Notes under the pieces: generated by a model
Database searches by the model: none
Seen by the model: the letters and a program-made list of their open reading frames with translations, nothing else
What the model was told of the DNA's origin: nothing
Translations under genes and position numbers: made by a program
Shown: in pieces, positions 35,543 through 44,045 of the stretch
Layout of the letters: every line of letters begins with the position of its first letter
Position numbering within the stretch: position 1 is the stretch's first letter
Source of the DNA: Elusimicrobiales bacterium
GTDB taxonomy: Bacteria > Elusimicrobiota > Elusimicrobia > Elusimicrobiales > UBA9959
NCBI GenBank assembly: GCA_028713125.1
Contig: JAQTOU010000001.1
Span: forward strand, 78,273-142,272
Length of the DNA: 64,000 nucleotides
Reading direction: 5' to 3'

Positions 35543-35743
35543 CTAAGGCAGCGCGGCGGTCTTTCTCGGAACTATGAAAACCGCGGCGATATAGGCTATT
35601 ACGCCCGGCACGATCGCTGTAGCCAGCAGCAGGAAGACGAAGGCGAGCCGCAATACTACAGGGTCCACGTCGAAGTACTCCCCCAATCCTCCCAGGACCC
35701 CGGCCAGCACTTTGTTGGTTTCGCTGCGGTATAAATGCTTCAT
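35543..35743 (-). CDS. PspC-domain membrane protein
   Basis: 66 aa. LYRSETNKVLAGVLGGLGEYFDVDPVVLRLAFV is the PspC-domain consensus. It lies 22 nt upstream of TBDR copy A. Confidence 0.75.
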   Translation of the reverse strand: MKHLYRSETNKVLAGVLGGLGEYFDVDPVVLRLAFVFLLLATAIVPGVIAYIAAVFIVPRKTAALP

Positions 35744-35812
35744 GGCAATATTTTATAATATAAATGCGAAAGATATACCTCAAAACCGCTCCTGCCGTGC
35801 ATTTTTTCCTTA

Positions 35813-37276
35813 ATGCCGCTCCAGGAAAATAGTAATATTAACCTAATGACCGCGGACGTAATAATCATAGGCGCTGGAGTGACCGGGGCCGCCATTGCCA
35901 GGGAGCTCTCCCGCTACAAACTCAAGATCCTCATCCTGGAAAAGGAAGCCGAGGCCGCTTTCGGCGTCTCAAAGTCCAACAGCGGCATTATCCACGCGGG
36001 AACGCAGAACCCACCCAGTTCCTTGAAAGGCTGGCTCTGCGTGGAAGGCAACCGCCTTATACGCGAGGAGATAGCCGCTGACCTGGGCCTGGATTTCGCG
36101 CAGTGCGGGCAGTTGATAGCAGTTTTCGACCTTGCCGACCTCCCGGAGCTCGAGATAATAAAGAAGGAAGGCGAGGAACTGGGGGTCCGCGGCCTCGAAC
36201 TGGTGGACCGCGCCTGGCTGGACCTTAACGAGCCGAACATCAGCCCCGGCGTAAAAGCCGCGCTCCGCGTTCCGTCGGCTGGAATTATCAGTCCTTACCG
36301 GTTCGTCTACGCCCTGGTGGAGAACGCCGTAAAGAACGGAGCGGAGCTGAAGACCGAAAGGAAAGTCACCGGGATACGTCCGCAGAAAGGCGGCGGGTTC
36401 GAAGTAGTCGCGGGCGGCGAGGTCTTCCGCGCCCGTTTCCTCGTGAACGCGGCCGGCCTTTACGCGGATGAGATCTCGGCTATGGCGGGGGCCCCTACTT
36501 TTAAGATAACCCCCCGCAAGGGAGAGGAATACCTGCTGGACAAGAAGCGCGAGCACCTCTCTAACCACATACTTTTCCCCCTGCCGTCCGCGACCTCCAA
36601 GGGTGTCCTTGTGATAAAAACCGCCGACGGCAACCCTATGATAGGCCCTACCGCGCACGACGTGGAGGACAAGGCCGACCTCTCTACCACCGAGGAGGGG
36701 CTGGAGGAAGTGCTGGCGGGCGCGCGCCGGCTGATACCTTCCGTTTCCAAGAGCGATATCATCGCCTATTTCTCCGGCCTGCGGCCCGTCGCGGGAAAAG
36801 ATTTTATAATCCGCCATGAGGACTCCGCCCCCGGCCTCGTTAACGCCGCCGGGATCCAGTCCCCGGGGCTTACCTCGGCCCCCGCCATCGCCGTGATGGT
36901 GGCGGGTATTCTCAAGGAGCATGGCCTCGGGCTTGAGCCCAAAGAGGAATTCCGCCGCCTGCGGCCGCGTCCCGTGCATCTCTTCCAGGTTCCGCCGGAG
37001 GAGACCCGGCGGCTTATAGCGAAGAATCCCGCCTACGGCGATATCGTCTGCCGCTGCGAGCTGGTCTCGGCCCAGGAGATACGCGACGCGCTGAAGCGCG
37101 GGGCGCGCACCCTGGACGGCGTGAAATTCCGCACCCGGGCGCAATCGGGCCGCTGCCACGGCGGCTTCTGCACCACGCGCGTGATAAAAATAATGCAGGA
37201 GGAGCTCGGCCTGCCGGCCACCGCCGTCAGCAAGCGCGGCCGCGGCTCCGAACTTATAAAGGATGAAAGAAAATGA
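35813..37276 (+). CDS. FAD-dependent oxidoreductase, GlpA/LhgO-like, with C-terminal BFD-like [2Fe-2S] domain
   Basis: 487 aa (alternative start at 35846, MTADVIIIGAGVTGAA). GxGxxG motif and CRCELVSAQEIRDAL..SGRCHGGFC. First gene of a conserved trio with the DUF1667 gene. Confidence 0.8.
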   Translation: MPLQENSNINLMTADVIIIGAGVTGAAIARELSRYKLKILILEKEAEAAFGVSKSNSGIIHAGTQNPPSSLKGWLCVEGNRLIREEIAADLGLDFAQCGQLIAVFDLADLPELEIIKKEGEELGVRGLELVDRAWLDLNEPNISPGVKAALRVPSAGIISPYRFVYALVENAVKNGAELKTERKVTGIRPQKGGGFEVVAGGEVFRARFLVNAAGLYADEISAMAGAPTFKITPRKGEEYLLDKKREHLSNHILFPLPSATSKGVLVIKTADGNPMIGPTAHDVEDKADLSTTEEGLEEVLAGARRLIPSVSKSDIIAYFSGLRPVAGKDFIIRHEDSAPGLVNAAGIQSPGLTSAPAIAVMVAGILKEHGLGLEPKEEFRRLRPRPVHLFQVPPEETRRLIAKNPAYGDIVCRCELVSAQEIRDALKRGARTLDGVKFRTRAQSGRCHGGFCTTRVIKIMQEELGLPATAVSKRGRGSELIKDERK

Positions 37277-37506
37277 ACGTTATCTATCTCCGCCACGGCA
37301 GCCCTAAAGCCCGCAAGTTCATGAAAAAGAAATTGCGCCGGCGGCAGGACGCCTCGATCTATAATATCGAGGCCGGCGACTGCTGTCTCGCCCCCGCCCC
37401 TGTCAGGCGCGGGGATTATATGGTGACTTTCCTCGGAGACCTTTCCCCGGAGATGCTCGCCTTTATCTACCGCAGCGGGGCGTGGATCGGCCTTAGCCGG
37501 AACTGA
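37273..37506 (+). CDS. Possible small hypothetical protein
   Basis: 77-aa ORF filling an otherwise unexplained 250-nt gap. ATGA overlap with the upstream stop. Third codon positions are mostly G/C, as in neighbouring genes. No family recognised. Confidence 0.3.
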   Translation: MNVIYLRHGSPKARKFMKKKLRRRQDASIYNIEAGDCCLAPAPVRRGDYMVTFLGDLSPEMLAFIYRSGAWIGLSRN

Positions 37507-37525
37507 GAGGCGCGGCGAAACAAGC

Positions 37526-38521
37526 TTGAAAATGAAGAAAAGAGACCTGGTTATCGTGGGCGGAGGCCCCGCCGGCATGGCTGCAGCGCTGGCGGCCCGC
37601 GCCGCCGGCGTGCAAGACGTGCTCCTCCTCGAGCGCGACCAGTACCTTGGCGGCATTCTTAACCAGTGCATCCACCCCGGCTTCGGCCTGCACCATTTCA
37701 AAGAGGAACTGACCGGCCCCGAATACGCCGGCCGCTTCGCCGCGCTGGTCGCGGAGGACCGGGGCATAGAGGTCAGCCTGCGCTCCTTCGTCGTCAAGCT
37801 CACGAAGGACAAGGAACTTTCATATCTGCGCCCCGGCGCCCTTGAGGAGATCAAGGCGGGCTCGGTGATCCTGGCTACCGGCTGCCGCGAGCGCACCCGC
37901 GAGATGATCCCGATACCCGGGTCCCGCCCCGCCGGCATCTACCCCGCCGGCCTGGCGCAGAAGATGGTCAACATAGAGGGCTGGATCCCCGGCCGGGCGG
38001 CAGTGATAGTCGGCTCCGGCGATATCGGCCTGATAATGGCCCGCCGCATGGCGCTCGAGGGGATGGCCGTAAAGGCGGTCATCGAAATACAGAAGACCAG
38101 CCGCGGGCTCGTGCGCAACGTCGTGCAGTGCCTGGAGGATTTCAATATTCCGCTCTATCTGCGGCACCGCGTCTCGGCGATACACGGCCGTGACCGCGTC
38201 GAAAAGGTGCGCGTGGTGAAAGTGGACGACGCCTCCGTGGACGTCCCCGGCTCCGCTTTCGAGATAGCCTGCGACACCGTGCTGGTCTCGGTCGGGCTCA
38301 TTCCCGAGAACGAGCTGCTTGAGATGGCCGGGGCGGAGATAGACTTCAGGACCAACACCCCGGTAGCGCCCGGGGTGAACCTTACCTCTATCCCGGGAAT
38401 TTTCGCCTGCGGCAACGCCAGCAAGGTTTACGACCTGGTTGACTGGGTAACCCGTGACAGCGAGCTGGCGGGAAAAATGGCCGCGGAATATTTAGAAAGA
38501 CCGGAAGCCGCTGACCGATGA
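37526..38521 (+). CDS. NAD(P)/FAD-dependent pyridine-nucleotide-disulfide-type oxidoreductase
   Basis: 331 aa. Two dinucleotide folds (DLVIVGGGPAGMAAA; AAVIVGSGDIGLIMA). Confidence 0.8.
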   Translation: MKMKKRDLVIVGGGPAGMAAALAARAAGVQDVLLLERDQYLGGILNQCIHPGFGLHHFKEELTGPEYAGRFAALVAEDRGIEVSLRSFVVKLTKDKELSYLRPGALEEIKAGSVILATGCRERTREMIPIPGSRPAGIYPAGLAQKMVNIEGWIPGRAAVIVGSGDIGLIMARRMALEGMAVKAVIEIQKTSRGLVRNVVQCLEDFNIPLYLRHRVSAIHGRDRVEKVRVVKVDDASVDVPGSAFEIACDTVLVSVGLIPENELLEMAGAEIDFRTNTPVAPGVNLTSIPGIFACGNASKVYDLVDWVTRDSELAGKMAAEYLERPEAADR

Positions 38522-38880
38522 AAAGATCTATGACCTGCATAGAATGCCCGAAGGGCTGCCGGCTCGAAATAGACGCCGACGGCGCCAGGCTGATAAGCAT
38601 GAGCGGGCACGAGTGCAGCCGCGGCAGCCTTTACGCCCGGAGGGAGATCGAGGCTCCAGTGCGCACGCTTACCACTTCCGTCCTTACGCGGGGCCTTGAA
38701 CTAAAGATGCTGCCGGTGCGCACCTCGAAACCGATCCCGAAGGAAAAAATTTTCGAGGCCATGGCCGCCGTCAAATCGATAACGGTCACCACCCCGGTTA
38801 AGGCCGGCGCCGTGGTCGCCACGGATTTCCTCGGCCTTGGCGCGGACCTCATAGCCTGCCGGAGCCTGGGCAAGCCATGA
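38518..38880 (+). CDS. DUF1667-domain protein
   Basis: 120 aa. [21 protein letters not shown] matches the DUF1667 Cys pattern. A 4-nt overlap with the neighbour on each side. Confidence 0.75.
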   Translation: MKRSMTCIECPKGCRLEIDADGARLISMSGHECSRGSLYARREIEAPVRTLTTSVLTRGLELKMLPVRTSKPIPKEKIFEAMAAVKSITVTTPVKAGAVVATDFLGLGADLIACRSLGKP

Positions 38881-39371
38881 AATATTTTATCCTGGCGCTC
38901 CTCTGCCTTACAGCCTGCTCGGAGAAGCCGCCTGCGGAGAACCGAACTATGGACGAGAAAAACAAAAAACTTACCCCCCTCCAGTACGAGGTCACGAAGA
39001 AATGCGGCACCGAGCCGCCTTTCAAGAACGAATACTGGGACAATCACCGGGCGGGGATTTACGTGGATATTGAAACAGGGGAGGCGCTGTTCGCCTCGAG
39101 CGATAAATTCGATTCCGGGTCTGGCTGGCCCAGCTTTACCCGCCCCATTAAAGCGGAAACCGTGGAAGAGAAAGCGGACGTTTCCCTGGGGGTCCAGCGT
39201 ACCGAAGTCCGCTCAAGATCCAGCGGCTCGCACCTCGGGCACGTATTCCCGGACGGGCCGGGCCCCGCCGGCCTGCGCTACTGCATTAACTCCGCGGCCC
39301 TGAAGTTCATCCCTCTCGAAGAAATGGAAAAAGCCGGCTACGGCAAGTACCTGCCGCAGGTAAAGAAGTAA
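38877..39371 (+). CDS. msrB: Peptide-methionine (R)-S-oxide reductase MsrB, lipoprotein form
   Basis: 164 aa. Lipobox LLCLTAC. GWPSF, HLGHVF and the catalytic RYCINS are present. Both CxxC zinc motifs are absent. Confidence 0.85.
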   Translation: MKYFILALLCLTACSEKPPAENRTMDEKNKKLTPLQYEVTKKCGTEPPFKNEYWDNHRAGIYVDIETGEALFASSDKFDSGSGWPSFTRPIKAETVEEKADVSLGVQRTEVRSRSSGSHLGHVFPDGPGPAGLRYCINSAALKFIPLEEMEKAGYGKYLPQVKK

Positions 39372-39384
39372 GGCCTGCCCGGGT

Positions 39385-40353
39385 TTATTTTTCCTTTCCC
39401 CTGAACCATTTCTCTTTCCCGTAAAGCTCCGCCATGCATTCTTTGCAGAGCCCGTGGGTGAAGCGGGCGCCGGAGTGCTTTTCCAGGTAAACCTCGACCT
39501 TCTCCCAGAAACCTTTGTCATCCCTGATCTTCTTGCATTTGGCGCAGATCGGGATAAGTCCGCGCAGCGCGTCCGCCTCCTGCATCGCTTCCTCCAGCCT
39601 CTTCCTCTCGGTTATATCGCGGGCGCTGGCATAAAAATATTCCGAGCCGTCTACGACGGAGTGGGTCGCGCTGATCTCCACCGGGAAAGAGGTCCCGTCC
39701 GCGCGGATGTGCCGGCCCTCTATAAAGAGGTGGCCGGAAGCTTTTATTTTTCCTCTCAGTTTTTCCCAGTCGCCGTGCGACGGCACCGTGGACTGTATGT
39801 CCGGCACGCCCATGCGCAGGAGAGTGTCCCGCCGGTAGCCCAGTCTGCGGCACGCGGTCTCGTTAAAGTCCAGGAAAGAGCCGTCTTCGGGGTTCACTAT
39901 GAAAATAGCGTCGTTGGAGGTTTCAAGGAGCTTGCGGAACAGGGCCAGGTCGTCATTAGCCTTTTTCAGCGCGGTGATATCGTTAATTACTCCCACCAGG
40001 ACGTCCTCCCCGCCCTCGTCCCTGAATACCTGCTTCCGCGTCTGGATGGCGCGCGTGGAGCCGGCGGCGTCCGTAAAGAACTCCTCGTTCACGGTCTGCG
40101 CGCGCGTAGCGAAGGTCTGATCGTCTTTTTTCCAGCAAACATCGGCCTGGACGGCCGGGAAAAAATCATGGTCGGTCCTCCCGAGAAGTTCCTCCCTGCT
40201 GTGGCCCATGAACTCGCAGCAGGCCTTGTTCATGTAGATCCAGCGGTGCTTCCTGTCTTTTACGAAGACCGGCGAGCCCACGGAATTAAGGATCTTCTCC
40301 AGTAGTTTGGTCGAGCGCAAAACAGCTCCGGTTATGTTTTTTTTCGCTTTCAT
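39385..40353 (-). CDS. Tandem-PAS protein with C-terminal CxxC-x26-HxxCxxC module
   Basis: 322 aa from the ATG at 40353 (strong GGGAGGGGA RBS). Two PAS domains, then LIPICAKCKKIRDDKGFWEKVEVYLEKHSGARFTHGLCKECMAELYG. Confidence 0.8.
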   Translation of the reverse strand: MKAKKNITGAVLRSTKLLEKILNSVGSPVFVKDRKHRWIYMNKACCEFMGHSREELLGRTDHDFFPAVQADVCWKKDDQTFATRAQTVNEEFFTDAAGSTRAIQTRKQVFRDEGGEDVLVGVINDITALKKANDDLALFRKLLETSNDAIFIVNPEDGSFLDFNETACRRLGYRRDTLLRMGVPDIQSTVPSHGDWEKLRGKIKASGHLFIEGRHIRADGTSFPVEISATHSVVDGSEYFYASARDITERKRLEEAMQEADALRGLIPICAKCKKIRDDKGFWEKVEVYLEKHSGARFTHGLCKECMAELYGKEKWFRGKEK

Positions 40354-40451
40354 GCTCCCCTCCCGAAGACCCATGCTTCAAAGCGCGCGGCCGGATGCGC
40401 CGCGGTCTGTACATTTTAGATAAAAAGGATACGGCCGGACAGGGAAATATA

Positions 40452-40479
40452 TTGACTTCGGCTTTCTAAGTTGTATAAT
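40452..40479 (+). promoter_or_regulatory. Near-consensus sigma70-type promoter
   Basis: TTGACT (40452-40457), a 16-nt spacer, then TATAAT (40474-40479). A GAGGA RBS precedes the ATG at 40504. Confidence 0.55.
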
Positions 40480-40503
40480 TGGGTAAGCGGCCAGACTTGA
40501 GGA

Positions 40504-41442
40504 ATGTCAATGCTCAAACTTCTTCTTCCCCTCCTTCTTCTGCTGCCCGGAAGCGCCCGTGCCGCGGGCTCCGAGTTCAAGCTTGACTCCGTCACGCTGC
40601 TGACGCTGGGCGAGGTCCCGCTTCCGTCGGCGCCGGCCGTTTCCGTGCCGTTCCGGGCCCCCGCCCGGCCCGAGGACAGATATTTCAATTCCTATGTGCT
40701 TAAAGCCGTGGATTACCTCTATTCCAACTACGGGAAACTCGGCTACGACATCAATTCCATCCTGACGCACGATATCACTTATCATACCTTCGGCGTTATC
40801 CCCGCCCGGCACGCCCCTCTTACGATGTGCGTGGCCGCCCAGATGGAGGTAATACTCACCGCTTTCGAACTCTACGCCCGCGAGACCGGGGACTATGCGG
40901 TATATGATTATCTGCCGAAGCGGAGCTTCGAGGGCCTTTCGATCACCGACCTGAAAGGGCATATCTGGGTCAACCATGCTTTCAAAGCCGACGGAACCGC
41001 GGACGCCCTGATAAACTTCGGTATGGGCGAGCGCCGCGCTTTCGAGGAACTTAAGCCGGGCGATTTCGTGAACATCAACCGCACCACGAAGACGGGCCAT
41101 GCGGTTACCTTCCTGGGCTACATCAACTCCACCGGAAAGATCCAGCCGGAGTATAATCCCGAAGTGGTCGGCTTTAAATATTTCTCTTCCCAGGGCCAGG
41201 CCGCCGCCGGGCAGGGCGGCTTCGATTACCGCTACGCCGTGTTCAGCAAGTTCGGCTGCCCCGCCATGCCTTATAAGCGCGACTGCGAAGTCATCTATTC
41301 GGCCGACCAGCGGATGCTGAATACCGGCACTATGCTCAGCCCCAGGTCCTGGACCGGGATAATGCCGCAGGCCTCCGACGCGCCCGAAGGAGAAACTGTC
41401 CTCAACCGCGCCCTCTTCAACGGCATAACCACCGACGACTGA
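40504..41442 (+). CDS. Secreted hypothetical protein, possible NlpC/P60-like papain-fold hydrolase
   Basis: 312 aa. Signal peptide LLLLLPGSARA. A candidate Cys (PLTMCVAAQMEV) and the PGDFVNINRTTKTGHAVTFLGY pattern resemble NlpC/P60 Cys..PGD..GH motifs. Tentative. Confidence 0.4.
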   Translation: MSMLKLLLPLLLLLPGSARAAGSEFKLDSVTLLTLGEVPLPSAPAVSVPFRAPARPEDRYFNSYVLKAVDYLYSNYGKLGYDINSILTHDITYHTFGVIPARHAPLTMCVAAQMEVILTAFELYARETGDYAVYDYLPKRSFEGLSITDLKGHIWVNHAFKADGTADALINFGMGERRAFEELKPGDFVNINRTTKTGHAVTFLGYINSTGKIQPEYNPEVVGFKYFSSQGQAAAGQGGFDYRYAVFSKFGCPAMPYKRDCEVIYSADQRMLNTGTMLSPRSWTGIMPQASDAPEGETVLNRALFNGITTDD

Positions 41443-41454
41443 TCCCGCTGGCAT

Positions 41455-41493
41455 AAAAAAAGCCCCCGGGAGCGAACCGGGGGCTTTTTATTT
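41455..41493. terminator. Bidirectional intrinsic terminator
   Basis: An 8-bp GC stem gcccccgg/ccgggggc (41462-41484). It is flanked by A7 (41455-41461) and T5 (41485-41489), between convergent genes. Confidence 0.7.
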
Positions 41494-41502
41494 GGCGCCG
41501 GG

Positions 41503-43323
41503 TCAGGCCGCCGCTTTCATCCCGTCGAGCAGTTTCTTATAGCGGGCCAGAGGTTCGGCCAGGCCTTTTATCGCGGTCTCCCAGAAGGCGGGATCCCCGA
41601 TATCAGCGCCGAGGCTGCGCTTCGCCACGCCCTCCGCCGTGTCCGAGCCGGTGAGGCGCAGGAAGGCCTCGTACTTCGGCAGGAAGGCCGGGCCTTCGGC
41701 CTTGAACTTCCGGAACAGCGTGGCCGCCATCAGGAAGCCGAAGGTGTACGGGAAGTTATAGAAAGAAACTCCCGAGATATAGAAATGCAGCTTGGAAGCC
41801 CAGAACAGGGGGTCCTCGCCGCCGGGCTCCAGGGCGTCGCCGAAGACGCGCTTCTGGCAGGACGTCATCAGTTCTTTGAGCTTCGCCACGGAAACCTCGC
41901 CCTTCTGCCTCTCCTCATAGAACGCTTTCTCGAATTCGAACCTGACCGTTATATCAAGGATGGTGACGGCGGCGCCGCTCAGGTACTCGTCGAGCATGAT
42001 CAGCTTCTGGGCCTCGCTGATGCCGGGGTCCGCCTGTATCCCGTCGGACAGGAGGTGCTCTCCGAAGATGGAGGCGGTTTCCGCCAGCGTCATAGGATAC
42101 TCGGTGGCCCAAGGGCGCATCTCTTTCAGCAGATGGCTGTGCCAGGCGTGGCCCAGCTCGTGGGCGAGCGTGTTCACGTCGCCAAGCGCCCCGTTGAAGG
42201 TCATGTAGACCCGCTGCTCGCGGATGAGGTTGGAGCCCGTACAGAAAGCGCCGGGGCGCTTGCCGCCGCGGGCCTCGCTCTCCAACCATTTCCGGGCGAG
42301 AAAATCCCGGTAATACTCGCCGAGGGCCGGGTAGACCCGCCCGAAGGCCGCCTGCACCTTGGCCGAGCCCTCCTCCCAGGAATAAAGCTTGGAGTCCTTA
42401 AGCGGGAGCGGGGCTTCGCGCTCGTAGAAAGCTATCCCCTTCCTGCCCATCGCGGCCGCCTTGACGCGCAGGATCTCGCGCACCGGCTCCAGGTTCTTGT
42501 TGACCGCGGCGTACATCGCGTCCAGGGTGCGGCGCTTTATCCCGGCGCCGAAAAGGGCCTGGTCCAGGAAATGCTTTATCTTCCGCCTGCGGTAAAGGGT
42601 GTGGCGGGTCCCGGCCAGGGCGTTAAGCGCGGCGGCGCAGGTGTCTTCCACGCCGGCCCAGGCCTTGTTCCCTCCCTCGAAGGCGGCGCGGCCTACTTTG
42701 CGGTCGGTATCCGACATCAGCGCGCGCCAGCGCGAGATGGGCAGGCGCTCCTTCCTGCCGTCGGGCCAGTTCATGTCGAACTCCAGCTTCCCCGAAACTT
42801 TATTATAGAGACGCTCCCAGGACTGGAAGCCGTCCACGCCCAGGTCCGCGGCCAGCTTCTCTTCCGCCGGCGTCATAGTGCGCTTCGCCGCTTCGCGCAC
42901 CCGCCTCAGGGAATGCTCCGCGCCTTTGAGCTTTTCGCGCTTTATGAAAGCGGCGAAGACCTTTTCCGGCACGTCTTTGAAGGCCCGCAGCAGGTCCACT
43001 CCGAACTTGGAATATTCGGCTGCGAGAGATGAAAGGTTCGCGGTCTCCGCCGAGTATTCATCCTTGTCCGCGTGCGCGGCCTCGAGGCAGCCCGTATAAG
43101 AGAAGATGTGTCCCAGCCGGGTTTCGGCGCTTTCCGCGGCGAGCAGGAGTTTTTCCCAGTCGCCGGCGGTTTTGGCCGAGAGCGGGGCCAGCCTGGCGCC
43201 TTTTTTCTGGAGGGCGGCGATATCCGTCTTCAGCTTATTCTTAAAGACGATCATCTCCGGTCCGTTGAAAGACGGGAAGAAACCCGAGAGGTCCCACTTT
43301 ACGCCCTGCGCGGTGTTTGCCAT
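41503..43323 (-). CDS. pepF: M3B-family oligoendopeptidase F
   Basis: 606 aa. Zinc motif HELGHAWH. PepF-like length and layout. Confidence 0.85.
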   Translation of the reverse strand: MANTAQGVKWDLSGFFPSFNGPEMIVFKNKLKTDIAALQKKGARLAPLSAKTAGDWEKLLLAAESAETRLGHIFSYTGCLEAAHADKDEYSAETANLSSLAAEYSKFGVDLLRAFKDVPEKVFAAFIKREKLKGAEHSLRRVREAAKRTMTPAEEKLAADLGVDGFQSWERLYNKVSGKLEFDMNWPDGRKERLPISRWRALMSDTDRKVGRAAFEGGNKAWAGVEDTCAAALNALAGTRHTLYRRRKIKHFLDQALFGAGIKRRTLDAMYAAVNKNLEPVREILRVKAAAMGRKGIAFYEREAPLPLKDSKLYSWEEGSAKVQAAFGRVYPALGEYYRDFLARKWLESEARGGKRPGAFCTGSNLIREQRVYMTFNGALGDVNTLAHELGHAWHSHLLKEMRPWATEYPMTLAETASIFGEHLLSDGIQADPGISEAQKLIMLDEYLSGAAVTILDITVRFEFEKAFYEERQKGEVSVAKLKELMTSCQKRVFGDALEPGGEDPLFWASKLHFYISGVSFYNFPYTFGFLMAATLFRKFKAEGPAFLPKYEAFLRLTGSDTAEGVAKRSLGADIGDPAFWETAIKGLAEPLARYKKLLDGMKAAA

Positions 43324-43474
43324 GAAAAGCTCCTTAGCCGAGGATATGCTTTTATTCTACAATAAAAAATTGAATGCCGGCTTTTGGCCGTCCGCCGCGC
43401 ATAGCGCCCGGCAGCCCGGTGAACATAGTTCCCGATACGGCATGACCACGGGCCTAAAATGATAAAATAACAGC

Positions 43475-44002
43475 ATGGACTGGTACATAGAACTCGTTAA
43501 GGCGCACCCGATAACCACCGCGATGGCCCAGTTCGCCGTGCTCGGGACTTTCGGCGAAATAGTCTCGAAGTGGCTGGCCGGACGCCGCTTCTTTTTCCCG
43601 TTCGGGGCCAGGGGCACGGTCCTCAGGATGCTGGGCTGGGCCCTGCTCGCCGTCTGCATCAAATACGCTTTTACCGGCTTCGTCGCCTTTGTCGACGGGC
43701 TTATCGCGCACGGATTGCTCCCCGCGATGGGCGCGCTGGGCAAGGCTTTCTCCGTTTCGCTTTTAATGAACCTGCAGTTCGGGCCTTTCCTTGTGATAGT
43801 TCACCGCCTTATAGACAATGCCATAGACGGGAAGCCCAACTGGGCGAACCTGGACAAAGGGCTGCTGTCCCTGCTCTGGTTCTGGGTGCCCGCCCACACC
43901 GTCACCTTCCTCCTGCCGCTGGAGCTGCGCATCGGCCTCGCCGCCGTCTGGTCGGTGGCCCTTGGACTTATCCTCGGCTGGTATAACCGCAAAATAGAAT
44001 AA
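43475..44002 (+). CDS. Integral membrane protein, family not recognised (weak Mpv17/PMP22-like C-terminal pattern)
   Basis: 175 aa with about 4 TM segments. The C-terminal WFWVPAHTVTFLLPLELR loosely resembles the Mpv17/PMP22 W-x-P..F..P...R pattern. Confidence 0.45.
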   Translation: MDWYIELVKAHPITTAMAQFAVLGTFGEIVSKWLAGRRFFFPFGARGTVLRMLGWALLAVCIKYAFTGFVAFVDGLIAHGLLPAMGALGKAFSVSLLMNLQFGPFLVIVHRLIDNAIDGKPNWANLDKGLLSLLWFWVPAHTVTFLLPLELRIGLAAVWSVALGLILGWYNRKIE

Positions 44003-44031
44003 AAAAGCCGCGCACCGGGCGCGGCCTTCTT
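44001..44031. terminator. Intrinsic terminator between convergent genes (best on the minus strand)
   Basis: A 7-bp stem gccgcgc/gcgcggc (44007-44025, loop accgg). A6 lies upstream (the T-run for the minus-strand gene). The downstream T-rich stretch is weak. Confidence 0.6.
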
Positions 44032-44045
44032 ATCTACCCGGCTTT

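Noticed and set aside
35969-37938. Minus-strand ORFs 35969..37159 (396 aa) and 37033..37938 (301 aa) across the GlpA-like locus.
   Set aside because: They are antisense to well-supported flavoprotein genes, with a Pro/Arg/Gly-rich composition and no motifs.
40507-43032. ORFs 40507..41454 (-) and 41785..43032 (+), antisense to the secreted protein gene and pepF.
   Set aside because: They are mirror images of better-supported genes (signal peptide plus promoter/RBS, and the HELGHAWH zinc motif). Their composition is typical of GC-rich antisense frames.
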